From contig CATNEN010000029.1 of NCBI GenBank assembly GCA_950097015.1, forward strand, positions 6,572,001 to 6,636,000: a DNA stretch of 64,000 bases. The letters are read 5' to 3'. The notes beneath the pieces were generated by a model that did not search any database, was not told the origin of the DNA, and was given only the letters and a program-made list of their open reading frames with translations. The DNA comes from Macrostomum hystrix (taxonomy: Eukaryota > Animalia > Platyhelminthes). Shown in pieces: positions 1 through 14,600 of the stretch (the first letter of the stretch is position 1; the number at the start of each line of letters is the position of its first letter). The translations under genes were made by a program, and so were the position numbers.

Positions 1-639
1 TGAATTAGGACGTGTGACAGCGAGAAAGAGAAAGACTGAGAGAATGTGATTAGAAAAAATGAAGAAAATAGCTCGTATGTTGTACCATGATGATGTATCC
101 TTATTTTATTATCTTAGCAAGCACAATGTTATTTGGCTTTGAAACTCACCTTTCAAATGGATTTGCTATTTAAACTAGCATTTTTTGAAAACCATCATTT
201 TACATGCTTTTACACTCGATTCTTCTTAAGTACTAAGTTGACTTAAAATTAGCGGATCAAAGATTAGCAAAGAAAATTGACCCATTAATAATGATTGCTT
301 GTCAATAGAATTAATGAAATTCAATATAGAATTTTTTAATAAAGCGACTATACTTTAGTGGACAGGTGAAAATATGCTACTCAAATCTTGTCAAGTGGCT
401 GGTGTTGTTGTCAAGGCTTCCTTAAGTCTGCCTTCCCTATCCTTCTGTATATTATTAGCACAGAATGTGCGAAAAGGGAATTAATATCCATCTCTGAGGG
501 GCTTTAATCCGAACTTAATGAGAAAAGGTTGTCCACCTATATGCTCCATTACATAGCGACGATATATCAAAATGTTTTCTAGGCAATTGAAAATGAAATC
601 AAAGATTGTGTCATTTACAGTAACACTTTACTTGCTAGA

Positions 640-1000
640 TTGCGAATGGCGAATTTGAGAATGGCGCATTTGAGAATGGCGCATCTGAGAATGGCGCATT
701 TGAGAATGGCGCATTTGAGAATGGCGCATCTGAGAATGGCGCATCTGAGAATGGCGCATTTGAGAATGGCGCATTTGAGAATGACGCATCTGAGAATGGC
801 GCATCTGAGAATGGCGCATCTGAGAATGGCGCATCTGAGAATGGCGCATCTGAGAATGGCGCATCTGAGAATGGCGCATTTGAGAATGACGCATCTGAGA
901 ATGGCGCATCTGAGAATGGCGCATCTGAGAATGGCGCATCTGAGAATGGCGCATCTGAGAATGGCGCATTTGAGAATGGCGCATTTGAGAATGGCGCTTT
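640..1000. repeat. 15-bp minisatellite (GAGAATGGCGCATYT)n
   Basis: Direct tandem periodicity; explains the three overlapping ORFs. Confidence 0.97.
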
Positions 1001-1679
1001 GCAATTGATATTCTGAGAGTGAATTTTTTGCTAGTTCTTCAATGATCTGAAGGTTTTTCTCTGAGACAAGTCGGGAGAGACAAAATTGAATCAAAGCCCT
1101 TATAACTCAATCAGATTTATAAAGCCTATCTATACGGAAATCCAGCATTACAAATCAATCAGTCTAGAGTGTGGCTTCATTTGCTAATAAGGCGGCACAA
1201 TCTCGTTAATTAGCTTCAGGTGATTTAATTGGATTATTTGTTCTATCTTGCGTGTTTTATCTGATGCCCTGAACACTGATTTATTTCTGTCTAATTGAAG
1301 CAAACATCCTGGCTACGATTTTTCCTCCTGGGGGATAAGTGAGGAATTCAACTGAAGAAGTGGCCATAGACAGTTGACATTCACACCTTGTTCGGCGTGT
1401 AAAATAAAACAGAAGTGTGAAATTCAAAGCACTGACACCTGCTTGATGAGCGCAATGACTGCTCGTAGCGATTTAGTTTAGTTCCACAAGTTGTCAAAAT
1501 TGCCATCTTGCTTTTGTCACCCGCTTAACTGACACCCCTTTGAAATTGACCGTTTGATGCTTCGGTAGTGAATCAGGAAATTTAGAGTGTCAAGACGATA
1601 ACGGAGTTTTATAGGAGGTTATGGAAAGTAGAACAAGAGATAGATAGAAAATCGATAGACAAATATAAAAAAACTGATG

Positions 1680-2140
1680 AGAGAGAAGAAGGGAAAAGGA
1701 GACAGTGAGAAGGAGAGGATGAGGTGAGGGTGAGAAGAGAATGAGAAGGAGAGAATGAGGTGAGGGTGAGAAGAGAATGAGAAGGAGAGGATGATGTGAG
1801 GGTGAGAAGAGAATGAGAAGGAGAGGATGAGGTGAGGGTGAGAAGAGAATGAGAAGGAGAGGATAAGGTGAGGGTGAGAAGAGAATGAGAAGGAGAGGAT
1901 GAAAAGGAGAGAATAAGAAGGAGAGGATGAGAAGGAGAGGGTGAGAAGGAGAGGGTGAGAAGGAGAGGGTGAGAAGGAGAGGGTGAGAAGGAGAGAATAA
2001 GAAGGAGAGGATGAGAAGGAGAGGATGAGAAGGAGATGGTGAGAAGGAGATGGTGAGAAGGAGAGGGTGAGGAGTGAGAAAAGGAGTGATTGAGAAAAGG
2101 AGTGAGGAAGAGAGAGAGGGGGCAGAAGAAGAGGAAGAGA
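1680..2140. repeat. GA-rich low-complexity / imperfect minisatellite
   Basis: GAGAAGGAGAGGATGAGGTGAGGGT-type units. Confidence 0.9.
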
Positions 2141-2408
2141 GGAGGCGAAATGTGGAGCACAATAGGTACGTTAACGAAGGTAGGAAGTACTGCAGAAAAT
2201 ATGCCAAGTGAATCAGGGAAGGCAGGCTAAGAGATTTCTATTCAAATTTGGATAATGCAGAGCTGACACAAGACAAGGCGATATGATTTGTCTCTGAGAT
2301 CTAAGAGTTTGAGCATGGGATCAGGTGCCAGAAAAATCACTCAAGAAGCATAATTACAGCAGGCGTTGCTCAACCCGAATTAATCAAAGCAGGTGCAGCA
2401 GTTGCAAT

Positions 2409-2690
2409 GAGAAGGCTTGGGGGCTTGTCGTGCAATTTACGCCATTGAGGGCCAACCTCCAAGGCACAGTGAAATGTTCACTGCCTGACGATGAGAAAGT
2501 CAGGGCAGATGTACACACCTGTGTGAGCGTGTGCCTGCGTACAGTATCTGTGTGCGTGTGTGCTCAGGAGTCAGCGAAATGGGCAGAATTGCCTCCTCGC
2601 TGGCTGCGGGTCTAGTATCACCAAATTATGCGCCATTGCCCGCAGCCCGCAGCCCATTGCCCGCAGCCCGCAGCCCATTGCCCGCGCAGT
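2409..2690 (+). mobile_element. SINE family 1, 5'-truncated copy with duplicated tail
   Basis: Closely matches the 57405-57640 body. The 3' end carries tandem ATTGCCCGCAGCCCGCAGCCC repeats. Confidence 0.78.
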
Positions 2691-3257
2691 GCAAGTCTAT
2701 TGCTGAGTATTTTTTAAGGATTTAAAAAATTATCCTATATAAGACTTTCAAGTATTCTATTCTATAAGTAGATTTAAAAGAAAACAAAAGGATGCAAATC
2801 AACTTTTTCTAGATTAAACAGCGGGTATAGTTTTGTTTTATTTCAGCCAGAAAATGAAATGAAATTATGGCAGCAATTTTAGCTTCTGCATTTTCCGCAG
2901 ACTCAATGAAATTTCCGGCCATAGCCTGGGGGCTTCCGAGGGAGGAGGCCTACTCATGTGGAAGACTCCCTTCCCCCTGCTGAGGATCACGATTTCAGTC
3001 ACATGATGTGGCACCGGCGGATTTAATTCTTAATAGATGAAGTTGTTTTGGAGGCGGTGTTTAGTGAAGCGCGAGTGTGTTCCAGAAATCTGAATTTAGA
3101 CATGCTGCGGCATCATTATCTTTAAATTTAGTGGCACAATAACAATATATAACAATAGCACATAATAAGGTTTCAATAGATCTGTGCTTTTTGCCGTAAA
3201 AAATTAAATAAACATTTCATTCTAATATCAGCCTCAAAAATGCACTTAGCAAATGCT

Positions 3258-5215
3258 TGCCAGATTCTTAGGATCCTTAGCCAGATTGTTAGACTTATTA
3301 GCTTGGTTCTTAGAATCATTAGTCAGGTTCTTAGAATCATTAGCCAGGTTCTTAAGATCATTAGTCAGGTTCTTAGGATCATTAGTCAGGTTCTTAGGAT
3401 CATTAGTCAGGTTCTTAGGATCATTAGTCAGGTTCTTAGGATCATTAGTCAGGTTCTTAAGATCATTAGTCAGGTTCTTAGAATCATTAGCCAGGTTCTT
3501 AAGATCATTAGTCAGGTTCTTAGAATCACTAGCCAGGTTCTTAAGATCATTAGTCAGGTTCTTAAGATCATTAGTCAGGTTCTTAGAATCACTAGCCAGG
3601 TTCTTAAGATCATTAGTCAGGTTCTTAAGATCATTAGTCAGGTTCTTAAGATCATTAGTCAGGTTCTTAGAATCATTAGCCAGGTTCTTAAGATCATTAG
3701 TCAGGTTCTTAAGATCATTAGTCAGGTTCTTAGAATCATTAGCCAGGTTCTTAAGATCATTAGTCAGGTTCTTAGGATCATTAGTCAGGTTCTTAGAATC
3801 ACTAGTCAGGTTCTTAGAATCATTAGCCAGGTTCTTAAGATCATTAGTCAGGTTCTTAGAATCATTAGCCAGGTTCTTAAGATCATTAGTCAGGTTCTTA
3901 GGATCATTAGTCAGGTTCTTAGAATCATTAGTCAGGTTCTTAGGATCATTAGTCAGGTTCTTAGGATCATTAGTCAGGTTCTTAGAATCATTAGTCAGGT
4001 TCTTAGGATCATTAGTCAGGTTCTTAGAATCATTAGTCAGGTTCTTAGGATCATTAGTCAGGTTCTTAGGATCATTAGTCAGGTTCTTAGAATCATTAGT
4101 CAGGTTCTTAGGATCATTAGTCAGGTTCTTAGGATCATTAGTCAGGTTCTTAGAATCATTAGCCAGGTTCTTAGGATCCTTAGCCAGATTGTTAGACTTA
4201 TTAGCTTGGTTCTTAGGATCATTAGTCAGGTTCTTAAGATCATTAGTCAGGTTCTTAGGATCATTAGTCAGGTTCTTAGGATCATTAGTCAGGTTCTTAG
4301 GATCCTAAGCCAGATTGTTAGACTTATTAGCTTGGTTCTTAGGATCATTAGTCAGATTCTTAGGATCCTAAGCCAGATTGTTAGACTTATTAGCTTGGTT
4401 CTTAGGATCATTAGTCAGGTTCTTAAGATCATTAGTCAGGTTCTTAGGATCATTAGTCAGATTCTTAGGATCCTAAGCCAGATTGTTAGACTTATTAGCT
4501 TGGTTCTTAGGATCATTAGTCAGGTTCTTAAGATCATTAGTCAGGTTCTTAGGATCATTAGTCAGGTTCTTAGAATCATTAGTCAGGTTCTTAGGATCAT
4601 TAGTCAGGTTCTTAGGATCATTAGTCAGGTTCTTAAGATCATTAGTCAGGTTCTTAGGATCATTAGTCAGGTTCTAAGGATCCTAAGCCAGATTGTTAGA
4701 CTTATTAGCTTGGTTCTTAGGATCATTAGTCAGATTCTTAGGATCCTAAGCCAGATTGTTAGACTTATTAGCTTGGTTCTTAGGATCATTAGTCAGGTTC
4801 TTAGGATCATTAGTCAGGTTCTTAGGATCATTAGTCAGGTTCTTAGGATCATTAGTCAGGTTCTTAGGATCATTAGTCAGGTTCTTAGGATCATTAGTCA
4901 GGTTCTTAGGATCATTAGTCAGGTTCTTAGGATCATTAGTGAGGTTCTTAGGATCATTAGTCAGGTTCTTAGGATCATTAGTCAGGTTCTTAGGATCATT
5001 AGTCAGGTTCTTAGAATCACTAGTCAGGTTCTTAGGTTCATTAGTCAGGTTCTTAGGATCATTAGTCAGGTTCTTAGGATCATTAGTCAGGTTCTTAGGA
5101 TCATTAGTCAGGTTCTTAGGATCATTAGTCAGGTTCTTAGGATCCTTGGCCAGATTGTTAAAATCATTAGCCAGATTCTTAGAGTCATTAGCCAGATTCT
5201 TAGAATCGTTAGCCT
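3258..5215. repeat. 21-bp minisatellite (TTAGTCAGGTTCTTAGGATCA)n with recurring variant blocks
   Basis: About 2 kb of tandem units. A variant block GATCCTAAGCCAGATTGTTAGACTTATTAGCTTGG recurs several times. Confidence 0.97.
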
Positions 5216-5621
5216 GATTTTTAGAAATATTAGTCAGAGAATTCAATTTTACATTCAGATTTTTTTTAGCTTCAATGATATTAAATTGAAAAACTGTTTA
5301 TATATTCTTGTTAAAAAATAAAAAAAACAAATCAAAATAATCTTTGGTCATACAGAAGAATACAATGCATAGAAACATCGAAGTAATTATTTCTCCTTCC
5401 CAGCACGATCAACTGTTTCCTATTGGTCCGTGCCAATAAGCAGTCAACAGCCAATGGCAGGAGGGCAGTTCTGACCTTCGATGGTAATTACCAACCCCAG
5501 CCGCGGCCAAGCCGTGTCTATATTAATAAGAGAGATGCTGCTATTCGAATCCCCACTCCCAATTAGATAATAATATCTGCGCTAACAGCAACAACCTCAG
5601 CACAGCCTCATAAACTGACAA

Positions 5622-8600
5622 ATGCAGCCGAAGCCCCAGCAGCTGTGTCAAAGGCGCGGACACCAGCGCCCAGCCTGTGTCGGGCGATGGTTAGCCGAGC
5701 TGCGCTGGTACGCCGAGTCCGACTGCTCAAATGTGCTCCACGGCAAAGCTCTGCCGGCAGCGGCACCGACAGCTGCGAAAGCGGCCGAGATGAGGCGCCA
5801 ACGATTTCAAATGCCGGCCGCTGTTAGAGGTGAGCGAATGTCCTAGATGCATGATTGACTGACTCCCTTTAATTCGGTAGAAAATTCTTTGAAGTGACCC
5901 CCTTTTAGAAGTGACCCCATTTTAGAAGTGACCCCTTTTAGAAGTGACCCCTTTTAGAAGTGACCCCATTTTAGAAGTGACCCCTTTTAGAAGTGACCCC
6001 TTTTAGAAGTGACCCCTTTTAGAAGTGACCCCATTTTAGAAGTGACCCCTTTTAGAAGTGACCCTATTTTAGAAGTGACCCCATTTTAGAAGTGACCCCA
6101 TTTTAGAAGTGACCCCTTTTAGAAGTGACCCTATTTTAGAAGTGACCCCTTTTAGAAGTGACCCTATTTTAGAAGTGACCCCCTTTTAGAAGTGACCCCA
6201 TTTTAGAAGTGACCCCTTTTAGAAGTGACCCCATTTTAGAAGTGACCCCATTTTAGAAGTGACCCCTTTTAGAAGTGACCCCTTTTAGAAATGGCCCCTT
6301 TTAGAAGTGACCCTATTTTAGAAGTGACCCCATTTTAGAAGTGACCCCTTTTAGAAAAGACCCTATTTTAGAAGTGACCCCCTTTTAGAAGTGACCCCAT
6401 TTTAGAAGTGATCTCTTTTAGAAGTGACCCCTTTTAGAAGTGACCCCGTTTTAGAAGTGACCCCATTTTAGAAGTGATCTCTTTTAGAAGTGACCCCCTT
6501 TTAGAAGTGACCCCTTTTAGAAATGGCCCCTTTTAGAAGTGACCCTATTTTAGAAGTGACCCCATTTTAGAAGTGACCCCTTTTAGAAGTGACCCTATTT
6601 TAGAAGTGACCCCCTTTTAGAAGTGACCCCATTTTAGAAGTGACCCCCTTTTAGAAGTGAATATAAAAAAAATAATCTTAAGCTTAGAATAAAGCACAAC
6701 GTAAACGCAACAATCCAAAAAATGCAGCTTCGATTGAACTTCTGGACGTTAAGGCTCGTGTCGCTCTCACAGCATTCAAGGATTTATACGAGTGAGTCCC
6801 TAGCTTTCATGCATATGTTTTGATGTATTCATCCAAGGCGGCGACAGATTGCGAAATGCGAAATAACTGGAGTTTGGATAGATATGGGAATTTAGATTGC
6901 GATTGGGAATCGGATGAAACTTGAGATGTGCATAAATATAGGGATTTCGAATAAACTATTGAGATTCGTCTTAAGATTTGAATTAAAAAAATATGAAAAT
7001 TTCTATCGAAAGATAAATTGAATTAACGGTGGGGATTCGGGGATAAATTGGGGCTAGGAAAAGTATGGGAATTAGTATACGGATTGGGATTTGGAAAAGA
7101 ATTAGGATTCGGATAATGATTCGGATTTAGATTAGGATTGGTATTCGGAAAAGGATTGGGATCAGGATAAAGATTGGGATCAGGATAAAGATTGGGATCA
7201 TGATAAAGATTGGGATCAGGATAAAGATTGGGATCAGGATAAAGATTGGGATCAGGATCAAGATTGGGATCAGCATCAAGATTGGGATCAGGATAAAGAT
7301 TGGGATCAGGATAAAGATTGGGATCATGATAAAGATTGGGATCAGGATAAAGATTGGGATCAGGATCAAGATTGGGATCAGCATCAAGATTGGGATCAGG
7401 ATAAAGATTGAGATCATGATAAAGATTGGGATCAGAATCAAAATTGGGATCAGGATCAAGATTGGAATCAGGATCAAGATTGGGATCAGGATCAAGATTG
7501 GGATCAGGATCAAGAATAGGATTCTAATAAAGATATTTATTGCATGAACATGCAAACATTGAAACGTTCTCTAATCTCTGCAGCCAGGTCGCTCATTTCC
7601 AACCAGACCAGCAGCTGAAGGCCGTGAGTGCCGTGTGCGCATCAGCCAGATGCTTCGTTGGCGACACCCTGGAGCCTCTGATGCCCAACGGCGGGTCCGA
7701 CCTGGATGCTGTGAGTAACACCTGTACGTCTGTCATTTAACCCGGTCTATCGTCTCCATTGTCTCCTCTGTACTATCTTCTCAATAATGCAAATAATATT
7801 CTGAGAAGGGTGTATCGCTCGAAAGCAGACAATTCTCCCCATTCCGCTGATCCACAGAGGCATGTAAATCTGCCCCCCGCCTTTATCATCGTCAGGCAGT
7901 GTACACTCACTGTGCGCCTTGGAGGTTGGCGTGTATTGCGTGACAAGCCTCCAAATGAATGTGGCCTCCCCGCGGAGCCCCCTCTCCTCACTCCTCTCTC
8001 CTGTCTCCTCTCTCCCCTCTCCTTTCTCCTCTCTCCTCTCTCCTCCCTCCACTCCCTCTCTCCTCTATCCTATCTCCTCTACCCTCTCTTCTCTCTTCTC
8101 TCTCCCTCTACTCTCTACTTTCTCCTCTCTCCTCTCTCTCCTCTCTCCCCTCTCCTCTACCCTGCTCATTTTCACCCTCTGCGCTCGTCTCTTCTCAGTT
8201 TTCCATTCTCGAATTGAATTTCACGGCTTCTGAAACACAATCAGAAAAAGAAACAGGTTCGCGGGTTCGCAAACCTAAGAGATATTTGATGATCAGTTTC
8301 TCAGGTAGAACAACAACAATTTGTGTCACCTTTATTTTCTCTTCGACGACACTGTCCAGTCTGTGTCTTCTTCCCAAGGATTTTTTTAGATTTAGCAGTG
8401 CACAGAGGCCATCAAATGACTTCTCCTGTGTGTGTGTGTTAATTAGTACTGCTCATTGGCGTCTCAACGAAACGCCTTCTACAGTCCACCTTGATCCGCT
8501 AATGCCAGCCCCATTTGAGTGGAAAGCAAGATAGAGAGAGAGAGAGAGGAAAAGAAAAAAAACGAAGTTTGAGCTGTACTGGAAAATTGATTCTACATAG

Positions 8601-11600
8601 ACTCAACTGGCCTAAGAGAACACGATTCCCCTAAAAAAGCAAGTTCTTTTCTTCGCCTTTCATTTGCATGGTTTCATTCCTCTTCTCAAAGCCCGTATTT
8701 TTAGCCTCAAGCTCTAAAGCATCATGGCATAGCCACCAAGCTAATGAATTCTTCCGTGTCTCTTCCCACCTTCCCAATGACCCCCAACCCATCTCAGGCC
8801 CACCTGTTGCGTGTTGCCGGTAGATTCATATTTTCTAGGCCGCTGGCTGTGTGAAGTCAAGCGGAGATGTGCCCCCTTCCACCTCTCAGCTCTTCTTCTC
8901 TTCTGATATTTCAAGAAATACATACGCTTGTGTGTTGCCTTTTCGTCCTCAGGTACTTCTGCAGTTCAGTAAAATTACTCCTCATGCTCCTCATCTATAA
9001 TATCGTCCGCAACCCCCATAAACTCCTCATCCACCCCTCAAACTCTTCACCCGCGAATCAAACCCTTCATCCGCCCCTCAAACCCTTCATCCGCCCCTCA
9101 AACCCTTCATCCGCCCCTCAAACCATTAATCAGCCCATCAAACCCTTCATGCGCCCCTCAAACTCATCATCCGCCCTAAAACCCTTCATCCGCCCCTGAA
9201 GCCCTTTATCCAAACCTCAAGCCTTCATCCGCCCCTCAAACAATTCATCCGCCCCTCAAACCATTAATCAGCCTCTCAAACTTTTCATCCGCCCTAAAAC
9301 CCTTCATCCGCCCCTGAAGCCCTTTATCCAAACCTCAAGCCTTCATCCGCCCCTCAAACAATTCATCCGCCCCTCAAACCATTAATCAGCCTCTCAAACT
9401 TTTCATCCGCCCTAAAACCCTTCATCCGCCCTAAAGCCCTTCATCCGCCCCTCAAACAATTCATCCGCCCCTCAAACAATTAATCAGCCCATCAAACCCT
9501 TCATGCGCCCTAAAACCCTTCATTCGCCCCTGAAACCCTTCATCCGCCACCTCAAACCTTTCATCCGCCCCTAAAACCCTTCATCCGTCCCTCAAACCCT
9601 TCATCCGCCCCTCAAACTCTTCGTCCGCCCTAAAACCCTTCATCCGCCCCTGAAACCCTTCATCCGCCGCTGAAACCCTTAATCCGCCCCTGCACCCAGA
9701 ATCCGCTCCTCTACCTCGTTATCCGGTTCTGTAACTCTGATCCACGCACTAACTCGGCACCCAACTGACTAATTCTCTGCTCCCCGGAATCCATCCTTCC
9801 CTAACCAACATTTTTCATGTCTATATAACTCACTGTGGTTCGTGTCAATTTTTCCCAATTTCCAATCTTGCTTTTTTCTCATTCGTTTTAATCCAATCTC
9901 GGCTTCTGTCAGTTCCCGAGTGACTCGATCCGCATTCACTCTCAGTCTGAGCCTCTTCACTGTGGATTTCCTTTCTCCTAGTCGCGCATCCCATTTCTTA
10001 ATTCTGAGCCGGTACGAAAAACTAAAAAACTTCGCCTCCTACCCCTATACCCTCCTAGGGCCCACGTTTAATTGCCTCCTGCTGTAAATCCTCCATTCCA
10101 CAGCGCCCTGTTACTTCGGGTGGTACTTCGGGTTGGGAGGAGGCCGACACCCAGTCCCAAGCGTGCCTACAAATTCAGTTCACGTTTGCTTAACTCTAAG
10201 TCTAAAGATACATAGACTGCGTGAAAGCATCGGCATTATCTGATCTGTTCATAATTTAAATGCACCCTCCAGGTTTTAACTCCTCCTTATTCTATAAATA
10301 ATAGGAATCGCGGCCTAATTAAAGTAACTATCTGTTAAAATACATGCCAATGTACAGCATAGACAGTTCTAAACTAGAAACTGCGTGTCAATCAAGAAAG
10401 TGCTAAAAATAGAAAATTGAGTCATAACATATATTTTTAGAATAAATCGTAATTTTGCAAGTTTTTTTGGACTACTAAAAATAGAATCATGAGTTATATT
10501 GTCTATTTTTAGAATAAACCTTAATTGCGCAAGTTCTTTATTTTCTACTGCTAAAAATAGAATCGTGAGTCACAAGATCTATTTTTGGAACGATCCGCGA
10601 AAAATAGCGAAACGAGCCATACAAGCCATACAATATTCTTCTCATTTCGATCTTCAGCTCTCGGCCTCCCTGCTTGAGCACTGCTCCGTACTGATGCAGC
10701 ACTGCGCCATTGATCGGTAAGCATGGCTATTCCGGATTATGTGTGTACTATATTAGTCTGTTTATCAAACTAAATGAAAGCATCAGCAGTCGGTTTATAG
10801 GCCAGACCAATTAGGAATAGAACTATTGGCTAATTCCTGGAACGAAACTCTACCCAAATTCTTCAACTATTGAGCATATTAACTTAATTCACGGACTCAT
10901 TCATTCATATAATACGAGCAAACATATCTACATATATTTATTATATTTATACCTATAAATAAGCAGCATTCTATATGCTTCCCGGATCTTAACCCCGGCT
11001 GTAAAGTAAGCGGCTCAATAGAGCTTTGGCTGAAAGAAAAGGAAAGAGGAAAATTGTAAGAAGGGCGAAGAATTTTATCGAGTCGAGCTGAGAAGATAAA
11101 GTGGCTGGCTTTGGCGAGAGAGAGCGAGAGAGAGAGGGATTAGAGAAGCTGCGGAATTTGTTTCCTTTTCCTTATTTCTCTCTGGTACTCTCTTCTTCAC
11201 GCCTTATAATGTATGGATACACTTTTTATCTTTGAGTTAGAAAACTGGCTCAAGTGAGTCGCAGAGTTTCAATGCCACACAATAACTCATGCCTCCATCA
11301 CTTTGAAGCCTGGCTTCTTAGTGTCTCTGATTAATGATCGTGGCAGGCTGCGGTCTCCAAGACACCCCACAATGTTCGAAAAACTTTTTTGTGTTCATTT
11401 TAATAAAACAAGCTAAATAAGTTTTTGACTGACCTTAGAAATAAGTTTGAATTATTGTATGGCGACTATTGACGAGACATATAAACGAATTGGAATGACC
11501 AATCACAAGACTGAATAATCAAATCGCAGGTATAGATAAGGCTGACCAATCTTACTAGATGTATAGATAAGGCTGACCAATCTTACTAGAGGTATAGATA

Positions 11601-14600
11601 AGGCTGACCAATCACACTAGAGGTATAGATAAGGCTGACCAATCTTACTAGAGGTATAGATAATGCTGACCAATCACACTAGAGGTATAGATAAGGCTGA
11701 CCAATCTTACTAGATGTATAGATAAGGCTGACCAATCTTACTAGAGGTATAGATAAGGCTGACCAATCACACTAGAGGTATAGATAAGGCTGACCAATCT
11801 TACTAGAGGTATAGATAATGCTGACCAATCACACTAGAGGTATAGATAAGGCTGACCAATCACACTAGAGGTATAGATAAGGCTGACCAATCACACTAGA
11901 GGTATAGATAAGGCTGACCAATCACACTAGAGGTATAGATAAGGCTGACCAATCTTACTAGAGGTATAGATAATGCTGACCAATCACACTAGAGGTATAG
12001 ATAATGCTGACCAATCACACTAGAGGTATAGATAAGGCTGACCAATCACACTAGAGGTATAGATAATGCTGACCAATCACACTAGAGGTATAGATAAGGC
12101 TGACCAATCACACTAGAGGTATCGATAATGCTGACCAATCACACTAGAGGTATAGATAATGCTGACCAATCACACTAGAGGTACAGATAAGGCTGACTAA
12201 TCACTTTAGAGGTATAGATAAAGCATTGATAATGCTGACCAATCATATCTTTTTTCATTCAGGTTGGCTTCCAATGGCCGTGAGTCCCACGCCCTTCGCT
12301 TGCGCCTGTCCGAAACGGCCGAAGCACTGGCCGCACTGGCCCGCCAGGCGATTCTGCAGCTGCTGGCCGGTCTCGCCGAAGCTCTGCTTGAAGGCGACCA
12401 GGCTGGGCCGGCCGGGTGCGGGCAGAAACTCGCCGAGCTGGCTGATCTGCACGCGCTGGCTGGCAAAGGCGAGCGATTCTGCGACCTCATTGCTCAGGTG
12501 AGTCTGCTAGCAAGTTCCTTAGCCAGTTCCTTAGCCAGTTCCTTAGCCAGTTCCTTACCCAGTTCCTTACCCAGTTCCTTAGCCAGTTCCTAAGCAGTTC
12601 TTTAGCCAGTTCCTAAGCAGTTCTTTAGCCAGTTCCTAAGCAGTTCTTTAGCCAGTTCCTTAGCCACTCCTCAAGCTGATTTCAAGCTAAAAAAACCCAA
12701 CCAAGCCTTTAAAACATTTCTTGTCGCATTGTTGCAGTCTGGCGCCCTTGAAGCCTTGCTGATTATCAGCTCCAGCCTGTCGCATGCTCCAGATTGGCCC
12801 ATGGCACTGCGCACAATTTCCATAGTCTGCTGTACCGATGAAACCGTGCGCAGCTTTCATCAGGTGAGTGCGCAAGCAGACCAGCTGCTATCTAGTTGCT
12901 ATGCAAGAAACTGTGTTAATGAAAAAAGAGACAGAAAAGCAGAGGGAAAGCTACATGAAGGCATGAAGCCAGGATAATATTAAAAAATCCAAGTCAATCA
13001 GAGCCTGAGAGACACAAGACAGTCTAGGCGCGCCTCCAGCCCGCACCTCCGCTCATGCGTCCGTGTGATGCAGACTAAGTAATAAATCCCACGGGATGTT
13101 TCTTTTGTGAGGATCCTTGCCCGGGAGAATAATCTGCGTCCTTGTCAGCTGCCGGCATGTCAACTGGGAAATGATGTTTAGAAATACAGGGAAATGAAAG
13201 GGGATATTTTGGTTGGGGAATGGTAGAGGGTGCAGACAGATGGGAGGTGAGAGAGAGATTAGGGTGGGCAATCAGACAGATGGGAGATTAGGGTGGGAAT
13301 CAGACAGATGGGAGATTAGGGTGGGAATCAGACAGATGGGAGATTAGGGTGGGAATCAGACAGATGGGAGATTAGGGTGGGAATCAGACAGATGGGAGAT
13401 TAGGGTGGGAATCAGACAGATGGGAGATTAGGGTGGGAATCAGACAGATGGGAGATTAGGGTGGGCAATCAGACAGATGGGAAGCCAGAAGGAGATTAGG
13501 GTGGGCAATCAGACAGATGGGAAGCGAGAGGGAGATTAGGGTGGGCAATCAGACAGATGGGAAGCCAGAGGGAGATTAGGGTGGGCAATCAGACAGATGG
13601 GAAGCCAGAAGGAGATTAGGGTGGGCAATCAGACAGATGGGAAGCGAGAGGGAGATTAGGGTGGGCAATCAGACAGATGGGAAGCGAGAGGGAGATTAGG
13701 GTGGGCAATCAGACAGATGGGAAGCCAGAGGGAGATTAGGGTGGGCAATCAGACAGATGGGAAGCGAGAGGGAGATTAGGGTGGGCAATCAGACAGATGG
13801 GAAGCCAGAGGGAGATTAGGGTGGGCAATCAGACAGATGGGAGATTAGGGTGGGCAATCAGACAGATGGGAAGCCAGAGGGAGATTAGGGTGGGCAATCA
13901 GACAGATGGGAGATTAGGGTGGGCAATCAGACAGATGGGAAGCCAGAGGGAGATTAGGGTGGGAATCAGACAGATGGGAAGCCAGAGGGAGATTAGGGTG
14001 GGGAATGGCAGAGAGTGCAGACAGATGGGAAGCCAGAGGGAGATTAGCGACTTAGCAGTAGATACAGAATTCGCGAACTAATAAAAGTTTACTAATCATT
14101 GGGGATTGAGGCTTGTATTTATTATTGAAGTTGGTTCCAAATGAGTTCAGTTGACAAGACTGAGTGAAACTGTTTGGTGACAGTTGACCCAGTGGAAGGA
14201 TGAGCAGATAAGCGTCATTTCATGGAATAAAAGTGCAGTCTCGTTTAGTTCCCAGCCCCCAGCCTCGGGAAAATCCCTCGCCCCCTCTTGACTCAATTTA
14301 CCACTGAGCAGTCGGTCCGTTAGGAATCGCCACTCGCCTGATTGACATTTGAAATTTTGTTTTGAACGGCCTTCGCTAATCGAGTGTCCATCAATTTTAG
14401 TTTGTCCTTTGCCGCAGTGTCCAGCAATTTTAGTTGCCATGCAAAAGCAATTAATTTTTAGGCGCGGCGGTTTGGGGCGGTTCAAATGAAGGAAGAAATC
14501 TCCCCATTCTCCTGACCTCAAGGGTGGGAGAAGGTTGGGAATATTCGAGATCTAAATAAGAGCAGAGGAGGAAAGAGCGTTGGCTTGGGGAAATTTGACG

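Noticed and set aside
615-2207. ORFs at the window start
   Set aside because: Derived from a 15-bp minisatellite and a GA-rich low-complexity tract.
3240-5321. 693-aa ORF with perfect heptad (IISQVLR)n
   Set aside because: It is the stop-free frame of a 21-bp minisatellite, with no unique coding sequence or splice support. Several frames are open for the same reason.
7535-7546. ATTTATTGCATG, resembling a remembered flatworm spliced-leader 3' end
   Set aside because: Only 12 AT-rich nt match, with no downstream donor or Sm site; likely chance.
9769-10087. Short ORFs in INSC intron 3 (and 42719-42922) as possible retroelement relics
   Set aside because: No RT, endonuclease or integrase motif could be identified.
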